Below are positions 39,570-50,884 of a stretch of 61,420 nt of DNA, one piece after another. The notes under the pieces are model-generated. The model made no database searches. It had not been told where the DNA came from and saw nothing but the letters and a program-made list of their open reading frames with translations. The stretch is from NCBI RefSeq assembly GCF_016433145.1, contig NC_058133.1:514874065-514935484 (forward strand), written 5' to 3'. Made by a program: the position numbers and the translations under genes. How positions within the stretch are numbered: position 1 is the stretch's first letter; each line of letters opens with the position of its first letter. The stretch is from Gracilinanus agilis. Its lineage: Eukaryota.

Positions 39570-40564
39570 TCTTGAAAACTGAGTTAGTAAAAATCTAGAA
39601 CATGGAGAATGTGCAAAAATGAAGGTGGAGATGGAGCAGCATCATTTCACTAACTATCCTCTTAACTGATATGCATCCTGTTCTGCTGGAAAAAGGACAC
39701 AGGCTTGAGACATTTAATAGATGTGTGACCCGGGAAAAAAGTCAGTTCATCTCTCTGTCTTTAATGCCTTAGCTAATACTAGTGCTCAGACTTCAGTGAG
39801 CTTAATCTTTCTCTCTTGTTATCTTTTGAGGAGTTTTATCTAATTTTAGCATAGGAGAAAGATATTTAAAAGTATAAAATCTCAAAGGTGATGTTTACCC
39901 CTCTGAATAAGAAACTTCTAAATAGTCATGCACATAGTTAAAAATTCCTAGATTGAATCAGATTGCCTAGGAAGACATGACTTTGGGGGTATTATAATTA
40001 TTATCAGCATTATTGTGAGCTTGACAGACATTAGGAAACTACATTTTCATATACAAAGAATAGAAAAAGAGAGTTATATCTGACAGTATGAATTTTTATT
40101 ATATACAGATGATATGTCTAGAGTATATCTAGTAAATGTAATATGATAGTTCCAATATTGATCTTCTTGTCTGTGTCTCCTTTTTAACTGCCTTCACTGC
40201 CTTCATTGTCTTCTCTGAATTAAAAAAAAATCGACTCTCCTTTTTTTAATAGAATACCTATAACTATCACTCTATGAACTCCCCACCCAAAGAAAAGTAC
40301 CCTCTTGTAAAATATAAATATAGTTGAACAAAACTAATGTGTCTGAAATAAAAAGTTCAATTTGTACCCAAATATTTTTGCTGGTCTTTGATGTATACAA
40401 TTAGTCATTCATTTTGTTTTCCTATGTAAATAGTCAAACATAGTGAGATTCAATGATAACTAATGGGCCTTGAAAGGCTTTTCAAGAATTCAGAACTGAC
40501 TTCTCTTCCTACAGAAGAAGGGAGTTATTCCAAGGTTTATTACACAAAACCTTGACCAGATCCC

Positions 40565-41500
40565 TTAGAAGCAGTGTTTAAGCTGCCATACAATGCTCAG
40601 GAAGGCCTGCCTAAGTTTGTTATTCTCCTTGATTAAAATGATAGAATGGGCCAAGGGGTAGGTGGCAGCTATTAACATTGATAAAAACACAGCTGGAGTA
40701 CTTTCAAAAAACACATAGCTCACATTTGCCATGATGATGCCCAAATGGTATAGTAAATAGAGGAAGAGGAAAGACACCATGGATTTCATGGTTTTCTTAT
40801 GCACCTCTGTGCTGACGTTTCTGGAGGCTGTGATCTGCTGGGTATGCCTCCACAGGGAGAAGACTAACAAAAAGCAGGAGATAATGGACACACCGAAGGG
40901 AAAAAATCCCTCCATGTGGTAGAAAATCAAAAAGAAAAAAAATATTTGTTTATGGCTTTTATTTATCTGCATCTTATGAGTTCCATTTGCTTTATTTTTA
41001 TACTCAGCAAGGATTTTATATATCTCATTTATTTTCTCTGTCATTGGAAGATTGATAAGCAAGGAAATGAGGAAGCTGATAACCATCATACCAAGAACCA
41101 CCTTGTTAATCCTCCACTTCAGCCAGAGAAAGGCAGGATGGGAAAAGGTGGTGATCTTCAGGAAGTAGAAGATGCTGAGGCAGGTACCAAACCAGGAACT
41201 TACATGGTTGCTCAAGTTCCAAAGATGTTCTAGGTAGCTTGGATTACCATCGGCATATAAATCTAAATAAGAATTCATTATGATTATAGATGTGAATGAC
41301 CCCATGAAAATGATCCTAGAGACAGCCAAGACAGTGAGGATTAAGTCTATTGAATACACTCTTCGAGTCTTGACCCAGTCTATGAAGTTGACCAGTCCAA
41401 TGAAGCCATTGGCCAACCCTCCTACTAGAAACTCTGCAGCTGCCAGCATCACACAGATTTTCTTAATGGGACCTTGAATGTCTGTAGAAGACAAATACAT
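40565..41500 (-). CDS. TAS2R: Bitter taste receptor type 2 (TAS2R), open ORF, 311 aa; ancestral ATG mutated to ATT
   Basis: GGLANGFIG, LAVSRI, FYFLKITTFSHPAFLWLKWR, FSLWRHTQQ, YPLAHSIILIKENNKLR; ECL2 sequons NGT and NKS. The family start position (41479) reads ATT, and an in-frame ATG 7 codons upstream opens the frame. Confidence 0.93.
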   Translation of the reverse strand: MYLSSTDIQGPIKKICVMLAAAEFLVGGLANGFIGLVNFIDWVKTRRVYSIDLILTVLAVSRIIFMGSFTSIIIMNSYLDLYADGNPSYLEHLWNLSNHVSSWFGTCLSIFYFLKITTFSHPAFLWLKWRINKVVLGMMVISFLISLLINLPMTEKINEIYKILAEYKNKANGTHKMQINKSHKQIFFFFLIFYHMEGFFPFGVSIISCFLLVFSLWRHTQQITASRNVSTEVHKKTMKSMVSFLFLYLLYHLGIIMANVSYVFFESTPAVFLSMLIAATYPLAHSIILIKENNKLRQAFLSIVWQLKHCF

Positions 41501-41762
41501 CTTTCAGAGCACTGTTACTGAAATGGTTTCCTAACCAGTGTGATTCTTTTCCTTCAGATTCACAGTTTCCCTCTTTGCCTAGAAAGTGCCCAACTTTATT
41601 GTGGGATGATACTTTAGCTGTCTTCAAGACACCTGTGACTCTTCCTCTGATAACAGACCAGGTAGTAATTTTAGCCCAGACTTTGAATGTTTCCTTTTTG
41701 CATGGCCAGACAGTACATTTCCATGTTATTCCTGGTTGAAAGGTGAGTTCGTATTTGTTCAG

Positions 41763-41822
41763 ATGTAAATGAAGGACAGCTTCTATTTCACTGCTTTTAC
41801 CATTCTTCTTTAGCCTAATTTG
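41763..41822 (-). promoter_or_regulatory. Conserved TAS2R upstream module, copy F
   Basis: ATGTAAAT(41763-41770)-gaaggacagcttcta-TTTCACTG-N21-CTAATTTG, 263 bp from ATG 41500 and 284 bp from the ancestral start position. Confidence 0.7.
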
Positions 41823-41867
41823 CCTTCAAGAGTTGTCAACAACAGTCTAGAATCCTGAAAATGCAGG

Positions 41868-41982
41868 AAATAAATAAATAAATAAATAAATAAATGAATA
41901 AATAGATAGATAGATAGATAGATAAATAGATAAATAAATAGATAAATGGATGGTCGGGCAGAGAGATAAATAAATAAATAAA
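41868..41982. repeat. Compound (TAAA)n/(TAGA)n microsatellite
   Basis: Tetranucleotide arrays seen directly, briefly interrupted at ~41950-41965. Confidence 0.95.
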
Positions 41983-42049
41983 TGCAGTGGTAAAGGCTTA
42001 CCACCTTTATGACCTCTTCTTCACTGACACCCAGTCTGGTCTGGTGGAA

Positions 42050-42480
42050 GAGTTTTGCCTGTCTCTCCATCCCAACAGGGAGTACTTGCCACATTAAAGA
42101 GTCAAAGGAAGAGAGAGCTGAAAGCTGTGTCTCCTTTTCAAATGATGCAGCAATTTGTCCCTTGGCCCTGTTGGGAGGGTTGGAAAGTGGGAAGGACAGA
42201 AAGATAAAGATGACCTGGGCTTCAGTGTGCCACACCAGAGCATCAGATCCTATCAACACTAGATCCCCCTCACGTGGTCAAATGCATCCAGGACCATAAA
42301 ATCACCAAGGTGTCACAGTCCCTTAGCATGAAGGCATACACATCTGCAAAACAAAAAGCAAAAAAGGTCAACTTTGCATTTTCTAGGATTACCCCCTATT
42401 ATACTAGAATGAATCAATGGCTTCTTTTGCAGTTTTGCACATGGTCAAGGATTAAAACATTGAATTAAATTGTTTAGGGA
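42050..42480 (+). mobile_element. Probable CR1/L3 reverse-transcriptase remnant
   Basis: Decayed resemblance to CR1 FADDTKLGG..EDR..QxDL (FSNDAA..LLGG..GKDRK/DDLG), aaaaagcaaaaaaggtcaac and cagttttgcaca motifs. Highly diverged. Confidence 0.4.
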
Positions 42481-42789
42481 AATAGTGACTTTGTACATGT
42501 AGTCCTTATAGACCCTGGATGAGGTGTAATAGCAGGTGACTCCACACTTACCACATATTCCCCTTCAGAATTCTAGGGATATATTTGAGGGTTTATGGCA
42601 TTTTTTCTAATGCTTTCAGCTAGAGCACTGATTCTGATGTATTTCCCACTATCCAAACTTATTAACCATTTACCTTTTCAGTATCATCTAACTAGTGGGC
42701 CTTAATATATCCTCAGTACCATTGGAATCACCTAATAGCTCCCCAGTATCATTCAACCAATTAATATTAATTAAATGTTTTAAATAAAG

Positions 42790-43790
42790 AAATAAATGGA
42801 ATGTATAAGAATACAAGTCATTCCCCAATTGATAAATGGTCAAAGGATATGAACTAGTAGTTCTCAGATAAAGTAATTAAAACTCTCTATAGACATGCTA
42901 AAAAAATTCTCTAAATCACTATTATTTAGGGGAATGTCTCATACCTATCAGATTGGATATTATGACAGAAAAAGAAAATTACAAAATTTGGAGAGGTTGT
43001 GGGGAAATTGAGGCACTAATGCACTGTTGGAGGAGTTATGAATGAATTCAATCATTCTGGAGAATAATTTGGACATATGCCAAATGGTTATAAAACATAC
43101 TCTTTGATCCAGCAATATCATTACTAAGTTTCTATTCCAAAGAAATAAAAATCAAAAAGGGGAAGGAGTTATAAATAGAAAAAAATTTAAAACAGCTCTT
43201 TGGGGGCAGGGCAAAGAATTGTAAAGTGAAGATATATCCATCAAGTGGAGAACAGCTGAGTAAGCTATAGCATATGATTGTAATTGAATATTATTGTGTT
43301 ATAAGAAATGACCAGCATCAGGAAGAGTTCAGAAAAATGTGAAAATACTTACATAAACCAAAGCAGAGTGAAGTAAATAGAACCAAGAGAACATTGTGCA
43401 CAGTGACAGGAATAAGAACAAATATGAATAACAGCTATTATCAGCAATACAATGATCCAAAATAATCCCAAAGGACTCATGATAAAAATTGCTAACTTCT
43501 TCCAGAGAAAGAACTGATAATCTGGAACCAAACCAAAGCAAACTTTTTCACTTTCTTTTAAAAAATAACATTTTTTGGTTTGAGTTTTCTTCCACAAAAG
43601 TAAAAGTGTTTTACATGGTTGCACATGTAAAATTTATATGAGATCATTTGCCATCTCAGGAAGATGAAAGAGGAAGGAGTGAGGGAGAGAGGGTCAAAGA
43701 AGGGAGAGAATAAGGAACTCAAAACCTAAAAAAAAGTGAATGCTAACAAAATTGTTTTACATGTAATAGAAGAAAATAAATATTATTTTA
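42790..43790 (+). mobile_element. LINE-1 3' end, sense
   Basis: aagaatacaagtcattccccaattgataaatggtcaaaggatatgaac.., followed by L1 ORF2-end and 3'UTR with a purine-rich terminus. Confidence 0.85.
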
Positions 43791-44269
43791 AAAGACTATG
43801 CAGTTAAGGTTGGAAATTCAAGGTTTCTAGCTCAACAGGCAAACTTTATTCTCTGGGCCTGCAATAATTAAAGATCTCATAATAAAGCAAAAAATAAAAG
43901 CAGAAGAAAAATATGAACATTTATCAATCAGGCACCAACATTTTATGGTCCTAAAATAAATCCTGGTAAAGGATTTAGTCATATAAAAGGAAAAGTACTC
44001 AAGCATTCAACTATGCAAAAGTTGTCTCAGAGAATTTGTCTGATTTGTAAAGGAAACAAGCAAACAAAATAACTGTAAATTATAGCCTAAAATGAAGAGA
44101 CAAAAAAGTGCCGTTTTTCTCTAATGGATCCTCCAAATAAGCAATGATGTTTTTCTGTCATGTCTGACTGTCCCTACTCAGAGTTTTCTTGGCAGAGATA
44201 TTGGAATGGGATTACATTTCCTTGTCCAGTTCATTTTACAGATGAGGTTTCTTGATCCAGAAAGCCTGA

Positions 44270-46110
44270 GATTCCTTTGTTTCATTAAATGTCAATTTTT
44301 TTCTTTGGAGGATTATGCTCAGTTTTGCTGAGTATGTAGCTCTAGGTTGTAGTCCTAGATCCTTTGCCTTTCAGAATATATTCCATGCCTTCCAGTTCTT
44401 TAATGTAGAAACTAGTAAATCCTGTGTAATCATGACTGTGATTCCTTGATATTTGAATTGTTTCCTCCTGGCAGTTTGCAGTACTTTTCCTTTGGCCTGA
44501 GAGTTCTGGTATTTGGCTACAATAGCCCAGGATTTTTTTGGGGGGGGGTCTCTTTCAGGAGGTAATCAGTGAGTTCACTCTATTTCTATTTTTAGCTATT
44601 GTTCAAGGATACCAGGCCAGTTTTCTCTGTTGATTTCTTGTAATATGGTATCCATGCTTTCTTTTTGATCATGGCTTTCAAGTATTCCAGTGACAATTAG
44701 ATTATCTCTTCTGCATCTATTTTCCAGGTGGGTTGTTTTTACAGTGAGGTATTTTAGATTTTCTTCTATTTTTTCATTTTTTTTTACTTTGTTTTATTGT
44801 TTCATTATGTCTTATAGTTTTATTAGCTTCTATTGATCCAATTGTAATTTTTAGGAAGTTATTTTCTTCCTTGAATTTTTGTATTTCCTTTTTCATTTGG
44901 CTAATCTTAGTTTTTTAAAGAGATTTTCCTTCAGTGTTTGTTGTTGGGTTTTCTTGCCTCCCTTTTCATTTGGTCTCTTCTATTCCTTAGGAAGTTGTTT
45001 TCATCAAGGTACTTTTGTGCCTCACCTTCTTTTGGGACTATTCTAATTTTTAGAGAGTTTATTTCTTCATTGATTTTTCCCCAGATATTGAGTTTTTCTG
45101 CCAATTGTCTTACTGTTTGGTTTTTTTAACTTCTTTTCAAGTCCTTCCATGGATTTTTTTTGAGGCCTCACATCCTTTCACACTTTTACTTGAGGTTTCA
45201 CATGTTTCCTTTATGGCATTGTTATCTTCTTCTGAGGTCAACTATTTTGGTCTTCTCTGTCACTAAAGTAACTTTCTACAGTCAGGATTTTTTTTTGTCT
45301 TTTGTTCATTTTTCTAAAATTTCCCCCATTATCTTATCTATTTGTGTAGGTTTTTTCTTTGATCCTGGGGTAGAGGGTGCACTACACCAAGCTTGTTCTA
45401 TCCTTCTCTGGTGTGTGGGTAGGACAGGTGGCTCTTGTTCCTCACAGTATGTCTGTCAAGGAGGTGGCCTTGCTGGCTTGATCTCGGGAAGTTTGCAACT
45501 ATTTTTTCCAGCTATATTCAGCACCCTGTGCTATTAGGTACCCCACTGTTTCATTTGTCAGACTGGTCCCCACTCCATACTTCCTTGCTCCTTCCAAGGG
45601 GCCTGGGCTGTGCAGGTTCCCTGATTTGGGCTCTGCTGTTTCAGGCATTCTGTTGCCACATGGAAGTGAATAGGTTACATCACTATAGTTCTAGTTCTTC
45701 CTCTCTACTCCCCTATAACTCAGGGCTCCTCCTACCATGTGGGGGTGAGTAGATTTATGTGATTCTAATTTCCCATTTCAGCTCCCTTATACCCCAAGAG
45801 CTCCAATGCCAAATGAAAGTTTATAGGTTTCCTCCCTTTTATACCTATGTGGAGTGGCTTAGTCTGGGCTTGTTCCTGTTCTGCAGCTTCATTGCCTCTG
45901 GCAGAGTCATGGATTTCTTCAAGGTCTTTTGGTTCTTGAAGATACTGTGCTGCTTGGGCTGCTCTCTTCTTCTACCCCACTGAGCAGTGTTCCTCCAGCT
46001 TTCCTTTGTTTTGAGGTGATTTATTTTCTTATTTTGGTTGCATGGAGGGATCATTTGAGTGGAGCATTTTTAATCTTCAATCTTAGCTCCCAGCCCCTCA
46101 GTATTCTTCT
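44270..46110 (-). mobile_element. LINE-1 5'UTR/ORF1 region, antisense
   Basis: Antisense ORF1 motifs (ctttcagaatatattccatgccttcc, gtatttggctacaat, ctctatttctatt) and a GC-richer 5'UTR-like segment at ~45.4-46.1k. Confidence 0.75.
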
Positions 46111-46121
46111 ACGATCTAGAC

Positions 46122-46314
46122 CAGTGATTCCCAAAGTGGGTACCACTGCCCCCTGGTGGGTGCTACAGCGATCCAGGGGAGGCAGTGATGGCCACAGGTG
46201 TATTTGGGGGTGGTGAATAACTGTAAGAGGGTGGTGATAGTATGTGACAGGGGGCGCTAAGTAATATTTTTTCTGGAAAGGGGGCGGTAGGCCAAAAAAG
46301 TTTGGGAACCACTG
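46122..46314. mobile_element. hAT-Charlie-type MITE, second copy
   Basis: TIRs cagtgattcccaaa / tttgggaaccactg; flanks atctagac and (aa)ttctagac match the NTCTAGAN Charlie target. Same ends as the 14182 element. Confidence 0.9.
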
Positions 46315-46333
46315 AATTCTAGACCAATAATAT

Positions 46334-47685
46334 CTTTTTTTGCTTTTATTTTATTTTTATTCATTTTTACATTTAAAAAAATTTTAGAATATTTTTTCAT
46401 GGTTACATGATTCATGTTCTCTCCCTCCTCTCTTCCCTCCCTCCTCCCAGAGCTAACAAGCAATTCTACTGGTTTATACATGTCTTATTACTCAGAACTT
46501 ATTTCCATATTATTCATATTTGGAATAGAGTGATCTTTTAAAAACTACAACCCCAAATCATATGCCTACATAACCAAGAGATAAATCATATGTTTTTCTT
46601 TCACCTTTCTACTCCCATAGTTCTTTCTCTAAGTGTGGATAGCATTCTTTCTCATAAGTTCCACAGGATTATTCTTGATTGTTGTATTGCTATTGGTAGC
46701 AGAGTCTATTATATTTGATCATTCCACAATGTTTCACTTTCTGTGTACAATGTTTTCCAAGTTCTACTCATTTCACTCCATATCAGTTCATGAAGTTCTT
46801 TCCATTTCATATAGAAATCAAGCAGTTCATCATTCCTTATAGCACAATAGTATTCCATCACCATCATATACCAAAATTTATTCAGCCATCCCCCAATCAA
46901 GGGACACCCTCTCATTTTCTAATTTTTGTCACCCCAAAAAGAGCAGCTATAAATATCTTCATACAAATATTTTTATCTCTTTGGGGTACAAACCCAGTAG
47001 TTGTATAGCTGGATCAAAGGGCAAACAATCTTTTAAAACCCTTTGGGCATAGTTCAAAATTGCCTTCCAGAATGGTTGGATCAATTCACAACTCCACCGG
47101 TAATGCATTAGCGTCCCAATTTTGCCACATCCCCTCCAACATTCTCTACTTTCCTTTGCTGTGTGTGAGGTGGTACCTCAGAGTTGTTTTGATTTGCTTT
47201 TTCATGTGTTTATTGATAGTTTTGATTTCTTTATTTGAAAACTGCCTATTCATGTCCCTTGCCCATTTATCAATTGGGGAATGGCTTGATTTTTTTGTAC
47301 AATTGATTTAGCTCTATATATATATTTGAGTAATTAGACCTTTGTCAGAGGTTTTTTGTTAGAAAGATTTTTTTCCCAATTTGTTGCTTCCCTTCTCATT
47401 TTGGTTGCATTGCTTTTATTTCTATAAAACCTTTTTTAATTCAATGTAATCAAAATTATTCATTTTACATTTTGTAATATTCTCTGTCTCTTGTTTGGTC
47501 TTAAATTCCTTCCTTTCTCATTGATCTAATAGTTATACTACTCTGTTAACCTAATTTATTTATGATTTCACTCTTTATATTTAAGTCATTTACCCATTTT
47601 GAATTTATCTTGACATAGGGCATGAAATGTTGATCTAAGCCTAATTTTCCCCATACTGTTTTACAATTTTCCCAGCAATTTCTGG
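46334..47685 (-). mobile_element. 5'-truncated LINE-1 abutting and truncating a TAS2R
   Basis: T-rich tail at ~46334-46370, then antisense 3'UTR/ORF2, ending ..ttttcccagcaatttct directly against TAS2R codons. Confidence 0.88.
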
Positions 47686-48071
47686 CATAGCCCAATAATA
47701 TTTTGAGGTCCATGTTGTTAATTGTCCACTTCAGCCAAAGAAAGATATGGTGAGAAAAACTGATGTCTTCAGGAAATAGAAGATTAATTTAGGCAGGTAG
47801 CAAAATAGGCACTTGATTCATTTTTCAGTTACTAGATAATCTCCAGATGTCTCAGTTTACCAGTATTATATAATTTAGGAGAGAATAATATATATTTGCC
47901 ATTAGTGACCACAACAAAACAATCCTGGAGATGGCCAAACCAGTTGGGATGCTCTTCTAATCTTAACCCATTGGGTATAGTTCACCAGTCCAATCAACTC
48001 ATTAACCAAAACTCAACTAATAACTCTCCAGTAGCCATAGTTACATATGTGTTGTCCATGGTGCTTGGCAT
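47686..48071 (-). pseudogene. TAS2R pseudogene, 5' part only (~390 bp)
   Basis: MPSTMDNTYVTMATGELLV, then a frameshift to VLVNELIGLVNYTQWVKIRR, TGLAISRIVLLWSLM, and FSHHIFLWLKWTINNMDLKILLGY, then L1. The C-terminal part was not found in the window. Confidence 0.9.
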
Positions 48072-48379
48072 GCCTGCAACAAAAATCGTTGATGTTTATA
48101 GTACTGCTGGTTCATGGATTTCTAGTCAAGGTGAACAGCATGATGTGCCTATTGAAAAACATTACTTTTCTGCATAATTGTGATTTTCCTCTGTGGCCAG
48201 AAATTCCCAAGCCCTTCTATGGGATCAGGCTGCCACTGTCTTCATAAAAACACTCCTTCTTCTTGCAAACATTTCAAAGCAGTGATTTGAGCTCAGACCC
48301 TGAATATGCCCTTTCAGCATTGTCAGCTGTTAAATGTCCATGAGTACCCCTGACTGAGAGGCTGACATTGTTTGTGAGG

Positions 48380-48436
48380 ATGCAAATGAAGGCCAGCCTA
48401 TTTCATTACTTTGACCCTTCTTCCTTAGCTATTTTT
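48380..48436 (-). promoter_or_regulatory. TAS2R upstream module, copy G, with canonical octamer ATGCAAAT
   Basis: ATGCAAAT(48380-48387)-gaaggccagccta-TTTCATTA. The spacer is 13 rather than 15 bp and the distal CTAATTTG box is degraded. 309 bp upstream of ATG 48071. Confidence 0.6.
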
Positions 48437-48614
48437 CTTAGCTTTATTCCTTAGATATTTTGCACATGGGCAGTGATTTATAGGTTGATTTGAATTGAAT
48501 GGGAAAATAGTGACTTTATTTCAAAAAATCATTTATTAAGATGATAAAATTAGATCACTTGAGTTCTTTTTGCTTTTATTTGTCACATTCTCTTCACCAA
48601 TTCACCCAGACCAC

Positions 48615-48650
<36 letters not shown>

Positions 48651-48672
48651 TACTTGGGACACTCAGTTATAT
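48615..48672. repeat. (TA)n tract followed by a 32-bp unit repeated after the gap
   Basis: catatacacatacttgggacactcagttatat at 48641-48672 is identical to 49073-49104. Confidence 0.9.
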
Positions 48673-49072
48673 NNNNNNNNNNNNNNNNNNNNNNNNNNNN
48701 NNNNNNNNNNNNNNNNNNNNNNNNNNNNNNNNNNNNNNNNNNNNNNNNNNNNNNNNNNNNNNNNNNNNNNNNNNNNNNNNNNNNNNNNNNNNNNNNNNNN
48801 NNNNNNNNNNNNNNNNNNNNNNNNNNNNNNNNNNNNNNNNNNNNNNNNNNNNNNNNNNNNNNNNNNNNNNNNNNNNNNNNNNNNNNNNNNNNNNNNNNNN
48901 NNNNNNNNNNNNNNNNNNNNNNNNNNNNNNNNNNNNNNNNNNNNNNNNNNNNNNNNNNNNNNNNNNNNNNNNNNNNNNNNNNNNNNNNNNNNNNNNNNNN
49001 NNNNNNNNNNNNNNNNNNNNNNNNNNNNNNNNNNNNNNNNNNNNNNNNNNNNNNNNNNNNNNNNNNNNNNNN
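48673..49072. other. Assembly gap (400 N)
   Basis: N run. The five ORF-track ORFs spanning it are artefacts. Confidence 0.99.
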
Positions 49073-50884
49073 CATATACACATACTTGGGACACTCAGTT
49101 ATATATATATATGTATATATATAGTTATATATAATTCTATATATAGTTATACATAAATAACTGGGCCCTTGTGGTCAATAGAAAGGTTACTTGTGGAACA
49201 TGGAGTTTTTCAGACCTTGCTGCTCAAGTACCTGTAGCATTACACTATTACTCATTGGATGTTTGAAAAAAAACAATGTTTATGAATTGGTTATCAAATT
49301 GTTCAACCTACATCATTCTTTATAATAATTAATATGAAAATGAACTTTTCTATGCGCATTAAAAGTTCTGGCATTCAGATCAAAATCATTGTCATTTCTA
49401 TTTTTAAAGTCTTTGTCTTATTTTACATTGCTATTTTAATTTACTCAGAACAACTGAAATGGGTAAAATGATCTGCCTATGTTCATATAACTAGTGTTTT
49501 AGCTGAGATTTAAATTCATATCTTTCTGACTCCAGGTCTAGTTATCCATTATGCAAAACTATTTCTTAAATAATTAAGAAAATGAGCAAAGAAGCTAAAT
49601 TATGTTTATTTTTTATTTTTATTTTTGGAAATTTTTATTTAATTAATTAATTTAGAATATTTCCCCATAGTTACAAGATTCCTGTTCTTCCCTCATCCTT
49701 CCCTCTTCCCCTAAATTATGTTTTAAGACATGATAGATTACTAATATATAAATATATGTGTGTATGCTATATACATATGTACATGCAAAACATACAGATA
49801 TATTCTCTTAACAAAAAGGGTATAGATGATAAACCATACAAATTAAAAGCAATCTAAATAATCTTCAGGGACTGTTAGAGATTTCATGATGAGTTTTTCA
49901 GACAAAGAAAGATAAGTAGAAAAGAAATGAAATATTTGAACAGCATAATTTAAAAATTATATATGATAAACTATTTCTTTTTCAGCAATATCCAACATTT
50001 AGGCAAAGACTGACCCCAAGCTAGGATATGAAGAACACATAATTAATACCAAAAAGCAGCAATAGAAAACATAACCTTTTGAGAACCAAATTCATATATC
50101 CTGTGATCTCATTGAAGTAAGTGTTTCTTCCCTTGATGTGGGGATACAGCCCATCCCTACATATCCATCTTGTTGTATAGAACACTTGTTCACATTCTCT
50201 CCTAAGTACTTGAGATCTTTCTTGGCATCACAAAGATATCAGTAGAATATAGAGGAAATCAATTTCTTGTTTCTCACCTGTGTTTGGACCATTTTATTTT
50301 TCTGGCATACACTTCTTAGGTGATAGCCTTTATTTCAGTTCTTCGCATTGCTTTATTTGTTATTTTGACAATTTGCTTTCAATCAGTCTTTCTCTTCATT
50401 GCCCTTCTCTTCAATGAGACGTTCTCTTTTAATTCTTCCAAGACCATGACATTCTACAGTTCACAGAATTTAAAAGACAGTTGTAGATAGTTCATATTTA
50501 AAAATTGCCCTTTGTTTTAGGGAGATATTTGGGATCATTAAAAGCAATTTGTAATTTCTCTAAGGTAATCCAGTTTAATTTTTGAATTCAATTTAAAGCA
50601 AGGTTTAATGATTTTTCCCATATGAAATGTCTGTCAGAGATTCATATATGCCAGTGAACAAGCCTTATAGGCTGACCATCTAATTTCATGCTATTATTTG
50701 AATAAAAGGTAGTCTTAATCCACTTCTTTGTTTCCTGTATAAATAATTAAACCAAACTTTGTATTTCAATGTTTTCTAATTATAATGAATAGAATAATAA
50801 CCTTAAAAAAACATTCTTCAAGAACTCAACCATGGCATCTTTACTACCATACCCCTCTCTGAAAAATGCAAGAATTCTTAAAGT

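Noticed and set aside
41280-41477. Mutually similar plus-strand ORFs (41280-41477, 51630-51923, 38982-39263, 47896-48177) suggesting a novel small-protein family
   Set aside because: They are the antisense frames of the conserved TAS2R TM1-TM2 codons; the similarity is fully explained by the minus-strand genes.
41810-42259. 149-aa minus-strand ORF with a repetitive YLFI tract
   Set aside because: The tract is the translated (TAAA/TAGA)n microsatellite; the rest overlaps a decayed LINE relic.
48541-49134. Long ORFs of 138-197 aa, and 32356-32679
   Set aside because: They are made of X residues across N gaps.
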